A DNA stretch of 63,025 nucleotides, filler included. It is 7 parts of 7 records of this genome, joined end to end, with 100 filler letters (N's around TTAATTAATTAA, not from the genome) between each part and the next. Parts side by side here need not be neighbours in the genome. Positions count along the whole stretch, not along the records: positions 10,433 to 30,971 come from SRR31156797_17039; positions 31,072 to 38,421 come from SRR31156797_17051; 5 more parts are not named here. One strand, given 5' to 3'. Under the pieces are notes generated by a model, which saw only the letters and a list, made by a program, of their open reading frames with translations, was not told the origin of the DNA and made no database searches. The position numbers were made by a program, and so were the translations under genes. Below, piece by piece: positions 20,380 through 31,944 of the stretch (positions are counted from its first letter, which is position 1; each line of letters begins with the position of its first letter).

Positions 20380-21135
20380 CTACAAATAATCCTCCCTTAC
20401 AGGCGAAAAAACTTCCACGATCACCGAATCTTCAATGACCTTGGCTGAATGGGGCATATCGCCCGGTACGCTCCAGCTGTCCCCGGGTTCCGCATTAAAG
20501 GTTTTGCCTTCCATCAAAAAATCTATTTTACCCGAAACCAGGTAACCGGTCTGTTCGTGGGGATGACTGTGCTCGGGAATCGCACTCCCCGCATCGAGTA
20601 CAAACTCGCACATGTGGGTTTTTTCGCCATAAGTCAGGCTTTTCAGCTTTATTCCCTTTGCGGGCGTATTGTAACCATCGGAATTTTTTTTGTAAAACAT
20701 ATCTTTTCCTTTCATCCATTCTTCAAAAAATTTACTGTTTATGACCGTTGCCAGGATTTTCATATCCGGGGGAGGAAGTTTTAGATCCGAAAGTTCATCA
20801 GGCGATACCCATCGTATGGCCTGGCATTGTAACGGTTTGGGTTCGCCCTTCTTCCAGGTACAGTAAAAGCCGTGAAGTACGATCCGTTTTCTCGGGTATT
20901 CATAATCCACCGGGGCAATCGGCGGCCCAATGCGCACCGAAATCCCCAGTTCTTCAAAGAGTTCTCTGGCAAGACAGTCTGAAAGGCTTTCCCCCTTTTC
21001 CTGCTTACCGCCGGGAAACTCCCAGGCCCCTGCCAGATGAGTCCCCTTCCGCCTTTTGGAAATGAGAAGTTTTCCGTTTTTTCCAATCACCCCTGCCGTC
21101 ACCCGGTACGTGGGCTTCTCCCGTTTCTTTTTCAA
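20380..21135 (-). CDS. mutT: MutT/NudG-type Nudix hydrolase fused in frame to a cupin-2 domain
   Basis: WEFPGGK...ARELFEELG Nudix box; HSHPHEQTGY and PGDMPHS cupin motifs. Confidence 0.8.
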   Translation of the reverse strand: MKKKREKPTYRVTAGVIGKNGKLLISKRRKGTHLAGAWEFPGGKQEKGESLSDCLARELFEELGISVRIGPPIAPVDYEYPRKRIVLHGFYCTWKKGEPKPLQCQAIRWVSPDELSDLKLPPPDMKILATVINSKFFEEWMKGKDMFYKKNSDGYNTPAKGIKLKSLTYGEKTHMCEFVLDAGSAIPEHSHPHEQTGYLVSGKIDFLMEGKTFNAEPGDSWSVPGDMPHSAKVIEDSVIVEVFSPVREDYL

Positions 21136-23141
21136 TCCCCACCGACCCCTTCAAGCCGCAATCTCAGGTAGGCTTCAGACGCTTCGGGATGATCAGGGGA
21201 AAGATCCAGCACCCGCCGGTAGGCTTTTATGGATTTTGGAATCTGGTTTTTCTTTTCACTGAGCCGTGCCAGCTGCAGCCAAAGTGCCATGTCCCCGGGC
21301 TTTTCCTTTAAAATCTTTTCCATCTCATTGATCGCCAGGGTTTCCTTTCCGGTTTTGAGGTAGGCGAAAATCAGGTATTCGCGTAGGATAATGTTTTTGG
21401 GATCAACCCTCACTCCCTTTTTCATAATGTCAATGATGGCTTGATAATTCTTTCGGGCCGCCAAAATTTCAAACAATTCATGAAGCAATGGCACCGCTTG
21501 GCGCGATTTTTTCCTCAGGAGTTTTTCGATCTCCCGGGTACCCAGCGCTACTTTCCCGGCCTTCAGATATGCCATTGCCAGGTATTCATTCATCAGGATC
21601 CGGTCAGGGTTTTTCTTCGCCCCCAACGCCAGCATGGGGATCAGTTGCTCATATTCCCCCCGATTTTTCAGATATTCGAAAATAAAATCGTAAACATCCG
21701 TTTCCTTTGGCTTAAGATCCAACAGTATCAGCGCTTGTCCATAGGCGGCAGTGGCGTTATTTTCCTTTCTGTAGATATCAAAAAGGATTTCCTGAACAGT
21801 GATATCCTCCGGGTGATTCTTCACATACCCCTCAAAATAGGGGAGCGCGGCCTTCAGGTCCCCGTCTTCATATTCCAAAACGCCCAGATTGTAAACCACG
21901 GCTTCATTTTCGGGGTCGAGTTCAAGGATTTTCCCGTAGACTTGCCTGAGATCCCCGGTATTCTTCTGTTGCTCCAGAATATTGGCCATGAGGGCCAGAC
22001 CCTGTTTTGAATGGGGCTTTTTCTCCAGGATCCGGGAAAGATATTTCCGCGCTTTTTTAAAGTCTCTCTTCTCCGCAAGCCTTTCGGCCAGCTTCAATCG
22101 CCCCTCAAGATCATCGGAGTTTAACGTAACCGCATTATCCAGATAAAAGTCAGCCTCTTTCTGCCGTCCCAACTGTTCATACAAGGCAGATAGATTGTAG
22201 TGAAGGTTGGGATCCTTCTGATCAAGATTCGCCGCTGAAAGGTAGGTCGAAACAGCTTTTTCCGGTTGCCCGGCTTTGGTATACAGGTAGCCGAGATTCT
22301 TGTACAGGGGCAATCGCTCGTCGGGGGGGGCATATTCAAGCATTGTTTCATACTGTCCGGCAGCTTCAGACCATTCCCCCCTCTCCTCCAGTATTTCCGC
22401 AAGCCGCATCCGCGTTTTAAGATCGTCCGGACGTTTTTTGAGGAGTTCCCTCAGTACCCGGACCATACCGTCTTGGTCCTTCAAAGCCCCATAGCAGATC
22501 ATAAGATCCTTTAAGGTTTTAATATCACTTTTTTGCGCCGCCTTTTTACAAAGCATGGGAACTGCATTTTTCCACTTTTTTTGCGCCATGTACTCATCCA
22601 GAAGCCGATCACGGATTCGACCGTCCCCGGGAAGGAGGCGGTTGCCCCTTTCAAGGATCGTGAGCCTCATTTGGTCATCAATAATCCGGTTGGCTTTTTC
22701 AAGCCAGTCCTCCGCATAGGGCTGAATGATCCAGATGATGTATCCGATGTTTTGGTTCAAATATTTGACGTCTATTCGAAATGTGTAACGCTGAAATGAA
22801 TCCTTTTGAGGCAGCAATTCGGTAAGGGGGATGGCGTCATATTGCAGGGCATTGACGTCAAGCCCTTTGCAGACCAGACGGATATCCATATTGAAGGGGA
22901 TGGTGGTGGAGATATCGGTGATTTCCAGCCGGTCCCTGGGACGCAGGGAAAGGGTTTCCCCCGATAAAAGTTTTCGGGGTTCTCCATTGACGGATATCAA
23001 CAGGAAATTCAGGCGGGGGCCCTGGGATTTTTTCTGCTGCCACAGCCACCAGCCTGAAGCTGAGATGCTCAAAACCAAAAGGGTGAACAGCCAGAAGAGC
23101 AGCCTGCGGCGTGCCCTTTTTTTTCTGCGATTTACCAGCAA
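21132..23141 (-). CDS. Membrane-anchored TPR-repeat protein
   Basis: Basic N-terminus, one TM helix, many TPR-like repeats (YKNLGYLY, YNLGVLEY). Confidence 0.8.
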   Translation of the reverse strand: MLVNRRKKRARRRLLFWLFTLLVLSISASGWWLWQQKKSQGPRLNFLLISVNGEPRKLLSGETLSLRPRDRLEITDISTTIPFNMDIRLVCKGLDVNALQYDAIPLTELLPQKDSFQRYTFRIDVKYLNQNIGYIIWIIQPYAEDWLEKANRIIDDQMRLTILERGNRLLPGDGRIRDRLLDEYMAQKKWKNAVPMLCKKAAQKSDIKTLKDLMICYGALKDQDGMVRVLRELLKKRPDDLKTRMRLAEILEERGEWSEAAGQYETMLEYAPPDERLPLYKNLGYLYTKAGQPEKAVSTYLSAANLDQKDPNLHYNLSALYEQLGRQKEADFYLDNAVTLNSDDLEGRLKLAERLAEKRDFKKARKYLSRILEKKPHSKQGLALMANILEQQKNTGDLRQVYGKILELDPENEAVVYNLGVLEYEDGDLKAALPYFEGYVKNHPEDITVQEILFDIYRKENNATAAYGQALILLDLKPKETDVYDFIFEYLKNRGEYEQLIPMLALGAKKNPDRILMNEYLAMAYLKAGKVALGTREIEKLLRKKSRQAVPLLHELFEILAARKNYQAIIDIMKKGVRVDPKNIILREYLIFAYLKTGKETLAINEMEKILKEKPGDMALWLQLARLSEKKNQIPKSIKAYRRVLDLSPDHPEASEAYLRLRLEGVGGD

Positions 23142-23234
23142 TGGACAACCTCAAAGCACCGATCTATTTCGGAATGGGCCTTCGATAGGGACCAGAAATC
23201 ACATAACCAGAGGCTGTTAATGGTTCATTGGCCG

Positions 23235-24299
23235 CTATCCGCTTACATTTTTTTGCTGCACCTTTTTACCGAAATTCCCTTCCCAGATGAGAAGGATGGG
23301 ACTGGCCACAAAAATAGAGGAGTAGGTCCCCACAATCACCCCCACCAGCAATGCAAAGGCAAAGTCATGGATAACACCGCCACCCAGAACAAAAAGGGCA
23401 ATGATGACGATCAGTGTGGTGCCGGATGTCAGGATGGTTCGACTGAGGGTTTCGTTGATGCTCTGATTCATGGTTTCTTCAAAGGGCCTTCGCCTGAAAC
23501 GTCTTACATTTTCCCGTATGCGGTCAAAGACGATAATCGTGTCATTGAGGGAATACCCCACAATGGTCAGAAATGCCGCGATAATGGAAAGGGAGATCTC
23601 CCGTTCGGTGAGGGCAAAAAAGCCCAAGGTAATGATCACATCGTGTATAATGGCGATAATGGCACCCAGTGCATATTTGAGGTTCAGGAATAAACAGAGG
23701 GTAAGCGTTACAATGAGCGCAATTAAAATGAGCCAGGTAACACTCATGCCGAATCCGGAGGTAACATAAACCACAAAAGCCAGGCTTATGGCCATGATGA
23801 TACTCATGAGCCATTTCAATTCAAATCGCCCCGAAATATAGATGGCAATGAACAGAATTGAATAAAAAATGGCGAAGAGTGCCTTTTGACGGAGGTCTTT
23901 GCCCACTTTGGGGCCGACCATGTCAACCCGCCTGATTTCAACGCCGTCTCCGAATGTGGCTTTCAGCGCCTGCGCAACCCGGTCACTCAGGCCGGTGAGT
24001 TCGGTTTCCGTCTTTCGAATCCGAATGAGGTACTCAAATTGCCCGGCTTCGCCGAATTCCTGAACAATACTGTCGTCAAGATTAACGGAGCGCAACGCTT
24101 TCTTAATTTCCATGGGGGAGTATTTTTGCGCCATTTTGACCTGTACGAGCACGCCTCCGGAAAAATCGACCCCATAGTTCGGCCCGCCCCGCCATAACAG
24201 CAACACAATGGTGGTAAGGATCATTAAGCTGGAAAGAACGAAGGCGATTTTTCGCTTTCCAAGGAAATTAACGTTAATTCCGGGTTTTATAAATTGCAT
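23235..24299 (-). CDS. secF: Protein translocase subunit SecF
   Basis: GVDFSGG, VGPKVG, GYSLNDTIIVFDRIRE, GTYSSIF. Confidence 0.97.
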   Translation of the reverse strand: MQFIKPGINVNFLGKRKIAFVLSSLMILTTIVLLLWRGGPNYGVDFSGGVLVQVKMAQKYSPMEIKKALRSVNLDDSIVQEFGEAGQFEYLIRIRKTETELTGLSDRVAQALKATFGDGVEIRRVDMVGPKVGKDLRQKALFAIFYSILFIAIYISGRFELKWLMSIIMAISLAFVVYVTSGFGMSVTWLILIALIVTLTLCLFLNLKYALGAIIAIIHDVIITLGFFALTEREISLSIIAAFLTIVGYSLNDTIIVFDRIRENVRRFRRRPFEETMNQSINETLSRTILTSGTTLIVIIALFVLGGGVIHDFAFALLVGVIVGTYSSIFVASPILLIWEGNFGKKVQQKNVSG

Positions 24300-24361
24300 T
24301 GAATAACTCCAAATGAAAGTTGCCGCAGTACGGATAAAGGTTCAACCGCCGTAGAGGCTTT

Positions 24362-25963
24362 TCAGATACTTAATTTTTTCATGTTGCGCTTCACATACAG
24401 AAAATCAAAGATGATCCGGGTCAGAAAGATGGCCGTAAAAAGGCTGGCAACAATGCCGATACTGAGGGTCACGGCAAACCCGCGAACCGCCCCCGTTCCG
24501 AATTGAAAGAGGACCAGCGCAACGATCAAGGTGGTCAGCTGGGCATCCAGGATCGTCACCAGGGCTTTGGCATATCCGCCCTCAATGGCGGTCCTGGGTG
24601 TTTTTCCAAGCCGGACCTCTTCACGGATCCGTTCGAATATCAAAACATTGGCATCGACCGACATGCCGATGGTCAGGATAATGCCCGCTATCCCGGGCAG
24701 CGTCAGGGTGGCGCTGAAAAAAGCAAGCCCCGCCATGATGAAGATAATATTCAACAAAAGCGCCAGATCCGCTATGAAACCGGACAATCCGTAATAGATG
24801 GCCATAAAGATGATGACGATAATGCCGCCGATGAGCATGGACTTGAAGCCCTTTTCGATGGAGTCCTTTCCGAGGGAGGGGCCCACGGTCCGTTCTTCAA
24901 TGATTTTGACGGGCGCCGGCAGTGCGCCGGCCCGTAATACGATGGCCAGATCCCTGGCTTCATCGGTGGTGTAGCGTCCTGTAATCTGCGCTTTTCCTCC
25001 GGAAATCTTGTCTTGAATGACCGGTGCCGAATTGACTTTGCCATCCAGCACGATGGCCAGACGTTTTTTGATATTTTGGCCGGTCACCTGTTCGAAAAGC
25101 CTCGCGCCCCTGGCATCAAAGGAGATGGAAACATACGGCTCGTTATATTGGCTGTCGATTTGAACCCGGGCATCGGTCAGGTATTCCCCGGTAAGCGCCG
25201 TCCGCTTTTTCAAAAGGTAGGGGGTCTTCCGTTCATGACCGGTTTTGGAATCAACGGAAATCTGGTACAAAATTTCATCCCCCGGGGGAATGTTCCCCTT
25301 AAGGGCTTCCTGCACGCTGTTTTCCTCATCCACCAGCTTGAATTCCAGGAGGGCGGTTTTGCCGATCAGTTCAATGGCCCTTTTGGAGTCTTTTATTCCG
25401 GGCAGCTGAATCAAAAGCCTATGGTTTTCCTGGGGGCGAATATCCGGTTCACTGACACCGAACTGATCGATCCTGTTTCGAATGGTCTCAAGCGCCTGGT
25501 CAAGTGCCATTTTCATGATGTGAATTTTGGCTTTCGGATCCAGAATCAGTTGAAATACGGGCCTTCCATTTTGCCCGGGCATGGATTCCACACTGAAATC
25601 CGAATAACCGGCAGCCATCATGTCCTGGAAAACAGTCTCATCTTTCGAACGCATGAGGGTAATGGTGACCCCGTCAAGGCCTTTGCGTTTCAATGAAACA
25701 TATCGTATTTTTTCCTTCCTGAGATCTCTTTTCATCTCGTCCACAACCCGTTCCAGATGGTTCTCGATGGCTTTTTGGGCTTGTACCTCCAGCACGAGAT
25801 GCATCCCTCCCTGCAAATCAAGACCCAGATGGATCTTGTCTTTCGGCAGAATATTCGACCACCATGCAGGAACCTCGCCGGTTATGGACGGCACGAGATA
25901 AACCAATGCCACCAAGATTGCAAACAACGCGACCGCGCCACGCCAAGTTAAGCTTTTAGACAC
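24362..25963 (-). CDS. secD: Protein translocase subunit SecD
   Basis: LGLDLQGG, RIDQFGVSEP, LRAGALPAP, GMSVDANVLIFERIREE. Confidence 0.97.
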   Translation of the reverse strand: MSKSLTWRGAVALFAILVALVYLVPSITGEVPAWWSNILPKDKIHLGLDLQGGMHLVLEVQAQKAIENHLERVVDEMKRDLRKEKIRYVSLKRKGLDGVTITLMRSKDETVFQDMMAAGYSDFSVESMPGQNGRPVFQLILDPKAKIHIMKMALDQALETIRNRIDQFGVSEPDIRPQENHRLLIQLPGIKDSKRAIELIGKTALLEFKLVDEENSVQEALKGNIPPGDEILYQISVDSKTGHERKTPYLLKKRTALTGEYLTDARVQIDSQYNEPYVSISFDARGARLFEQVTGQNIKKRLAIVLDGKVNSAPVIQDKISGGKAQITGRYTTDEARDLAIVLRAGALPAPVKIIEERTVGPSLGKDSIEKGFKSMLIGGIIVIIFMAIYYGLSGFIADLALLLNIIFIMAGLAFFSATLTLPGIAGIILTIGMSVDANVLIFERIREEVRLGKTPRTAIEGGYAKALVTILDAQLTTLIVALVLFQFGTGAVRGFAVTLSIGIVASLFTAIFLTRIIFDFLYVKRNMKKLSI

Positions 25964-26011
25964 TTGCTACTCCATAGGTTTGGTTCACAAGAACCGTTTC
26001 GTTGTCTGTTT

Positions 26012-26329
26012 CTACTGTTGTGCCTTGGTTGCCACACCGGAAATGGAACCTCTTGCAATTTTGACCCTCACTTTCGGGGCGATCTCCACGGTGACCACAT
26101 CATCGGTGAGCCCGGTGACCAGTCCGTGTAATCCGCCACTGGACACAATACGATCCCCTTTCTTAATGGCGGCAAGCAGTTGTTTATGCTGTTTGGCTTT
26201 TTTCTGCTGCGGCCTGATGAGCAGAAAATAGAAAATCGCGAACATCAAAATAAGGGGCAGAAAGGCACCGAAACCGCCTCCTGCGCCTTCACCGCCCGCC
26301 TGGCCCATTGCATAAGCTAAAGAATTCAT
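26012..26329 (-). CDS. yajC: Preprotein translocase subunit YajC
   Basis: FYFLLIRPQQKK, KGDRIVSSGGLHG; start at 26329 after RBS AGGAGG. Confidence 0.95.
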   Translation of the reverse strand: MNSLAYAMGQAGGEGAGGGFGAFLPLILMFAIFYFLLIRPQQKKAKQHKQLLAAIKKGDRIVSSGGLHGLVTGLTDDVVTVEIAPKVRVKIARGSISGVATKAQQ

Positions 26330-26343
26330 CCTTGAACCTCCTC

Positions 26344-27462
<1,119 letters not shown>

Positions 27463-27480
27463 TCAATTCCAAATTGATGG

Positions 27481-28542
27481 CTAAACAATCATCATGGCAT
27501 CGCCATAACTGTAAAACCGGTATTCATGCTCAACGGCCCAGGCATAGGCCTTTTTTGTCAAATCAAATCCCGCGAAAGCCGAGACCAGGAAAAGCAGGGA
27601 ACTTTTGGGCAGATGAAAATTCGTGATAAGTCCATCCACAACATGAAAATGAAACCCGGGTGTAATCAGAAGTCCGGTTTTTCCTTCGCCCGCACACACC
27701 CCTTTCTCCAATGTCCATGCGCTTTCCAGAGTACGAACCACGGTCGTTCCAACAGCAAAAATCCTTCCGCCGCGCTTCCGGGTTTCGTTAATCAGTCTCG
27801 CGGTGTGAGGGGCAATGATATAGCGCTCCTCTTCCAAGTGGTGTTGCCTGATGTCCTCCGTTTCCACGGGCCTGAATGTGCCGTAACCCACATGAAGCGT
27901 CAACGGCGCCACCTGGATGCCTTTTTCACTGAGGGCGGAAATGAGGTCTCCCGTAAAGTGCAGCCCTGCCGTGGGAGCTGCAACCGCGCCGGCCTGTTCC
28001 GCATAGACCGTCTGGTATCTTTCCCTGTCAAGCAAACCCGTTGAGACGTCTTTCGGCCGCTTGATATAAGGGGGCAGGGGGATATGCCCCTTTTCCGCAA
28101 GGAGACCTTGTATCCCTTTTTCACCCGCCGTAAAAGACATCCTTGTCAGACCCCGGTCAAGAACCTCCTTTATTTCTCCGGAGACCGTTCCACCAAAAAA
28201 AATCCGGTTTCCCGGTTTGGGCCGTCTGGAAGATTTCAACAGGCATAGCCTGCTTTCACCACTGCACGCCTCGCCATTGAAATAATCCAGGACAAGAACT
28301 TCCACTTTGCCCCCGCTCTCTTTGTGACCAAAAATCCTTGCGGGGACCACCCGGGTATTGTTCACCACCAGAAGATCCTGGGGCTCAAGAAGGGACGGCA
28401 ATTCAAAAAAACGGCGATCCGAAAGAGAACCCGCTGAACGATCTACCCCGAGCAGTCTGGAATGATCCCGTTTTTCAGCTGGAAACTGTGCGATGAGGTT
28501 TTCAGGCAGATGGTAATTATAATGTTCTGTTTTCAGCATCAA
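27481..28542 (-). CDS. queA: SAM:tRNA ribosyltransferase-isomerase
   Basis: PLPPYI, YQTVYA, AAPTAGLHF, TNFHLPKS, YRFYSYGD. Confidence 0.97.
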   Translation of the reverse strand: MMLKTEHYNYHLPENLIAQFPAEKRDHSRLLGVDRSAGSLSDRRFFELPSLLEPQDLLVVNNTRVVPARIFGHKESGGKVEVLVLDYFNGEACSGESRLCLLKSSRRPKPGNRIFFGGTVSGEIKEVLDRGLTRMSFTAGEKGIQGLLAEKGHIPLPPYIKRPKDVSTGLLDRERYQTVYAEQAGAVAAPTAGLHFTGDLISALSEKGIQVAPLTLHVGYGTFRPVETEDIRQHHLEEERYIIAPHTARLINETRKRGGRIFAVGTTVVRTLESAWTLEKGVCAGEGKTGLLITPGFHFHVVDGLITNFHLPKSSLLFLVSAFAGFDLTKKAYAWAVEHEYRFYSYGDAMMIV

Positions 28543-28672
28543 AAAAAACTTAAATTAGATAGATTATACAAATTCAATTTTTAAGTCAAACGGTTTTGTT
28601 CTTCATATGAAGGGGCGCGGAACATCCAAACGGGAAAGGTGTTCAGGAGCCAGGAGAAACCGTCCGTTCCGT

Positions 28673-28858
28673 TCAAGGGCGGGAAAAATAAGTGATGAGA
28701 AGCCCGATTCCCATGGCCAGGAAGCCGATTAACCGAAGATGCGCGTTGGGCATTTCAGATAGGGTTGCCAACCACTGCTTCATTTTTTCGGGGAACGCAA
28801 AATACGGCAGGCCTTCAACAATTAAAACCAGACCCAGCAAACAAAAAAGTGTTTTCAT
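28673..28858 (-). CDS. DUF2065/YjeT-like small membrane protein
   Basis: GLVLIVEGLPYFAFPEKMK...LRLIG pattern. Confidence 0.8.
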   Translation of the reverse strand: MKTLFCLLGLVLIVEGLPYFAFPEKMKQWLATLSEMPNAHLRLIGFLAMGIGLLITYFSRP

Positions 28859-28977
28859 TGAATATGCTTGATATAAAAAAAAAGATCAGTTAGTTATGTT
28901 GCAACAATAGACCCTTCACAATGGGAATTCAAGAAGGATAACAAAAAAAATAATAGACGTCAGAAGGAATCATTAAC

Positions 28978-30654
28978 ATGAAAACCAAAATCGATGGGAT
29001 CTTGAAAAATACCCTTTCCCGTTGTTTTGAACAGGGCGAACTCAAAAAAACGGCTTTTCCGGATTATGTCATTGAAGTACCTAAGAATTCCGAACATGGT
29101 CATTTCGCCACCAATTTGCCCATGACCCTGGCATCAAGCCAAAAAAGAAACCCCCGGGAAATTGCATCGATTATCTTGGACAATCTGAAGGATGAGGATC
29201 ATTTTTTTGAGAGAATTGAGATTGCGGGACCCGGTTTTATTAATTTTACAATCCGGGCGGAAGAATGGTGCCTTATCCTGACCCGGATCCTTCAGTTCCA
29301 CGGGGATTACGGCCGTAGCGAAATGGGGCATGGCGAAAAAGTTTTGTTTGAATTCGTCAGTGCCAATCCAACGGGGCCCCTTCATCTCGGCCATGGCCGG
29401 GGCGCTGCTCTGGGAGATACGCTCTGCAGGATACTTTCCTTTTGTGGGCATCAGGTGGTTCGGGAGTTTTATGTTAATGACGCGGGGTTACAGATCAGGA
29501 TCCTGGGTGAATCCATTTGGGCCCGCCTGAAACAAAAGGAGGATCCGGTTTATGCTTTCCCTGAAAACGGTTATCATGGGGAGTACATACTGGATCTGGC
29601 GGATACCATCTCCCGGGAAACGGATTTAAACCCTGAAGACCCCCATAAAGCCATAGACCACTGCGCCGAAAACGGAAAAGCGATCATGCTGAAGGAGATT
29701 CAGCAGGCGTTGGACCGTTTCAGGGTGAATTTTGATATCTGGTCCCTGGAGAGCGATCTCCACGCTTCGGGATTGCTTGAAAAGACCTTGGAAGATATAC
29801 GGAACAGGGGGTATTTGTATGATCAGGAGGGTGCTCTTTGGATTAAAACGTCTGAATTCGGGGACGACAAGGATCGTGTTATTCGAAAAGGGGATGGTCA
29901 ATTCACCTATTTTGCCTCGGATATCGCTTATCACCTGGAGAAACACCGCAGGGGGTTTACCAAAGCCATCAACATTTGGGGTGCCGACCATCATGGATAT
30001 GTTCCCCGGGTAAAAGCGGCCTTGATAAGTCACGACATCCCTGAGTCGTGGCTCTCCGTCCTGTTGATACAATTGGTGAAGTTATGGCAAGATGGACAGG
30101 AAGTCCGCATGAGCAAGCGGGCGGGGAGCTTTGTGACGCTCCAGGAACTGCTGGATGAGGTGGGGGTTGATGCGGCACGTTTTGTATTCCTCACCAAAAG
30201 CCATGATTCGCCGCTGGATGTGGACATGGATCTTGTAAAAAAGCAGGATAGTGAAAATCCTGTCTATTATGTTCAATACGCCCATGCCCGCATATGCAGC
30301 ATTATTCGAAAGGCTGAATCGGAAGGGATTACCATACCGGCCAGCCATGATGGGATTTCAAAATATCTTGTGCTGGAAGAGGAAATGGCCCTCATCAGGA
30401 CCATGTGGGGATTCCCGTCACTTCTGGAGGATATTTGCCGGACGTTGGAAGCACATCGTTTGACCTACTACTTGACACACCTGGCGGCATCCTTTCACCG
30501 GTATTTCAACATGGGGTCAACAAACGGTGACTTCCGAGTCGTCACCGACGACAGGACCCTGACCCAGGCCAGGTTGATCCTGGTTTCGGGCGTTAAGATT
30601 ATCATTGCAAACGGATTGAAGTTGCTGGGTGTCAGTGCACCTGAAAAAATGTAA
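28978..30654 (+). CDS. argS: Arginine--tRNA ligase
   Basis: EFVSANPTGPLHLGHGR, WGADHHGY, MSKRAG, YVQYAHAR. Confidence 0.98.
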   Translation: MKTKIDGILKNTLSRCFEQGELKKTAFPDYVIEVPKNSEHGHFATNLPMTLASSQKRNPREIASIILDNLKDEDHFFERIEIAGPGFINFTIRAEEWCLILTRILQFHGDYGRSEMGHGEKVLFEFVSANPTGPLHLGHGRGAALGDTLCRILSFCGHQVVREFYVNDAGLQIRILGESIWARLKQKEDPVYAFPENGYHGEYILDLADTISRETDLNPEDPHKAIDHCAENGKAIMLKEIQQALDRFRVNFDIWSLESDLHASGLLEKTLEDIRNRGYLYDQEGALWIKTSEFGDDKDRVIRKGDGQFTYFASDIAYHLEKHRRGFTKAINIWGADHHGYVPRVKAALISHDIPESWLSVLLIQLVKLWQDGQEVRMSKRAGSFVTLQELLDEVGVDAARFVFLTKSHDSPLDVDMDLVKKQDSENPVYYVQYAHARICSIIRKAESEGITIPASHDGISKYLVLEEEMALIRTMWGFPSLLEDICRTLEAHRLTYYLTHLAASFHRYFNMGSTNGDFRVVTDDRTLTQARLILVSGVKIIIANGLKLLGVSAPEKM

Positions 30655-30664
30655 ATAAACCGGC

Positions 30665-30971
30665 ATGAAGGAAAAAAAAGAAAAGGCTGAAAAAGAGAAA
30701 AAAGGCCTATCCCTGGAACTTTCCCGCACGGCCCTCTTTTTTTGGAGCCTGGGGTTTTTGATCTTTCTGGGCTGGATTTTCACACTCGGCGTTCTGGCGG
30801 GCCGGGGACTTTTGCCGAGCGGTGCGGAAACCCTGGCCGAACTAAAAAACCAGATTGTAAAGCTCCAGGAAATGGTGGGTCGGAAAGATACTTCCGAACT
30901 GGATGAGATCAAGGCTGTTCAAAAAGATGCGAATTTTGTCTTTTACGATGAACTTTCAAAAAAAAAAGCGC
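30665..30971 (+). CDS. Bitopic protein, probably SPOR/FtsN-like, 3'-truncated
   Basis: One TM (WIFTLGVLAGR) then FVFYDEL; typical position after argS. The SPOR domain itself is not in the window. Confidence 0.6.
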
Positions 30972-31071
30972 NNNNNNNNNNNNNNNNNNNNNNNNNNNNN
31001 NNNNNNNNNNNNNNNTTAATTAATTAANNNNNNNNNNNNNNNNNNNNNNNNNNNNNNNNNNNNNNNNNNNN
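30972..31071. other. Artificial contig spacer
   Basis: 44 N + TTAATTAATTAA + 44 N. Confidence 0.99.
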
Positions 31072-31220
31072 CCTGCCGCGCTAGCGGCTTCGTCCAACAA
31101 TTGGGATAGTCCTATTCCGGTTATCCCTTTTAACTCTGCGCCCCTTTTGGCGATGGTTTTAGGATCCACCCCATATTGCGATACCCGCGTGGGCGCAGGT
31201 GAAAAAGCTTTTACATTCAT
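31072..31220 (-). CDS. N-terminal fragment of an unidentified protein, next gene of the operon, truncated by contig end
   Basis: ATG 31220 with GGGGGA RBS, 20 nt after the stop of the Fe-S gene. Too short to assign. Confidence 0.6.
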
Positions 31221-31240
31221 TTCAAATCCCCCGATTCATT

Positions 31241-31864
31241 CTATTGCTTGTTTTGATGCTTGACTGGAGCATTTGCAACACGCTCCAGAAGATCCCTGTC
31301 GTCATCAAACCGAAAGGAGGGATGGGTGTCCTTTACCGCTTGCGAAACATCCCACACCGTCACCGTGCGGCCATACCACTGAAAGCTGTTCTTTTTCCGT
31401 TCAAAAGAACAATCCGCAGCTTCAAGGAACCGGAGTATCGGCTGGTTGCATTCAATACCGCAACCGGCGCCGATCCCGCATGCCCGTACAACCTTATCCG
31501 GAGTATGGGCGCCGCCGATTACAGCCGCAGCGACTTCTTCGGCGCGCGTGGCAGTGCAGTAGCAGACCAACTGCTTCGGATGAACATGCGCTTTTCGGCA
31601 TAGGGTTTCGATGTCGCCGTAATCAAAATCGTTTACATTTACGGATAGGGTAAATGGCGTACAGGCCACCATCCTGATGGCATGCTCCGGGCAGCGTTGC
31701 TCACAACTCCAACAACCCACGCAAATATCCAGCGCTATATTCACCACAGGTTTCTTGTGGATTCGCTTTACTGAAACCGCATAAACAGGGCAGACCATTT
31801 CACAAGTTTTACAGCCGTTGCAGCGGCTCTTATCAACCTCAGCTTGGACTTCTACTATTTTCAT
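31241..31864 (-). CDS. 2x[4Fe-4S] ferredoxin domain fused to a BFD-like [2Fe-2S] domain
   Basis: CNGCKTCEMVCP, CVGCWSCEQRCP, then VCYC...GAGCGIEC. Confidence 0.85.
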   Translation of the reverse strand: MKIVEVQAEVDKSRCNGCKTCEMVCPVYAVSVKRIHKKPVVNIALDICVGCWSCEQRCPEHAIRMVACTPFTLSVNVNDFDYGDIETLCRKAHVHPKQLVCYCTATRAEEVAAAVIGGAHTPDKVVRACGIGAGCGIECNQPILRFLEAADCSFERKKNSFQWYGRTVTVWDVSQAVKDTHPSFRFDDDRDLLERVANAPVKHQNKQ

Positions 31865-31944
31865 GCTCCCCCTTTTCTAAAGCGCTGCAAAATGAGTTGC
31901 CCAGGCCCCGCCGGCATCCACCTCGACAGGGCCCGAACATGAAA

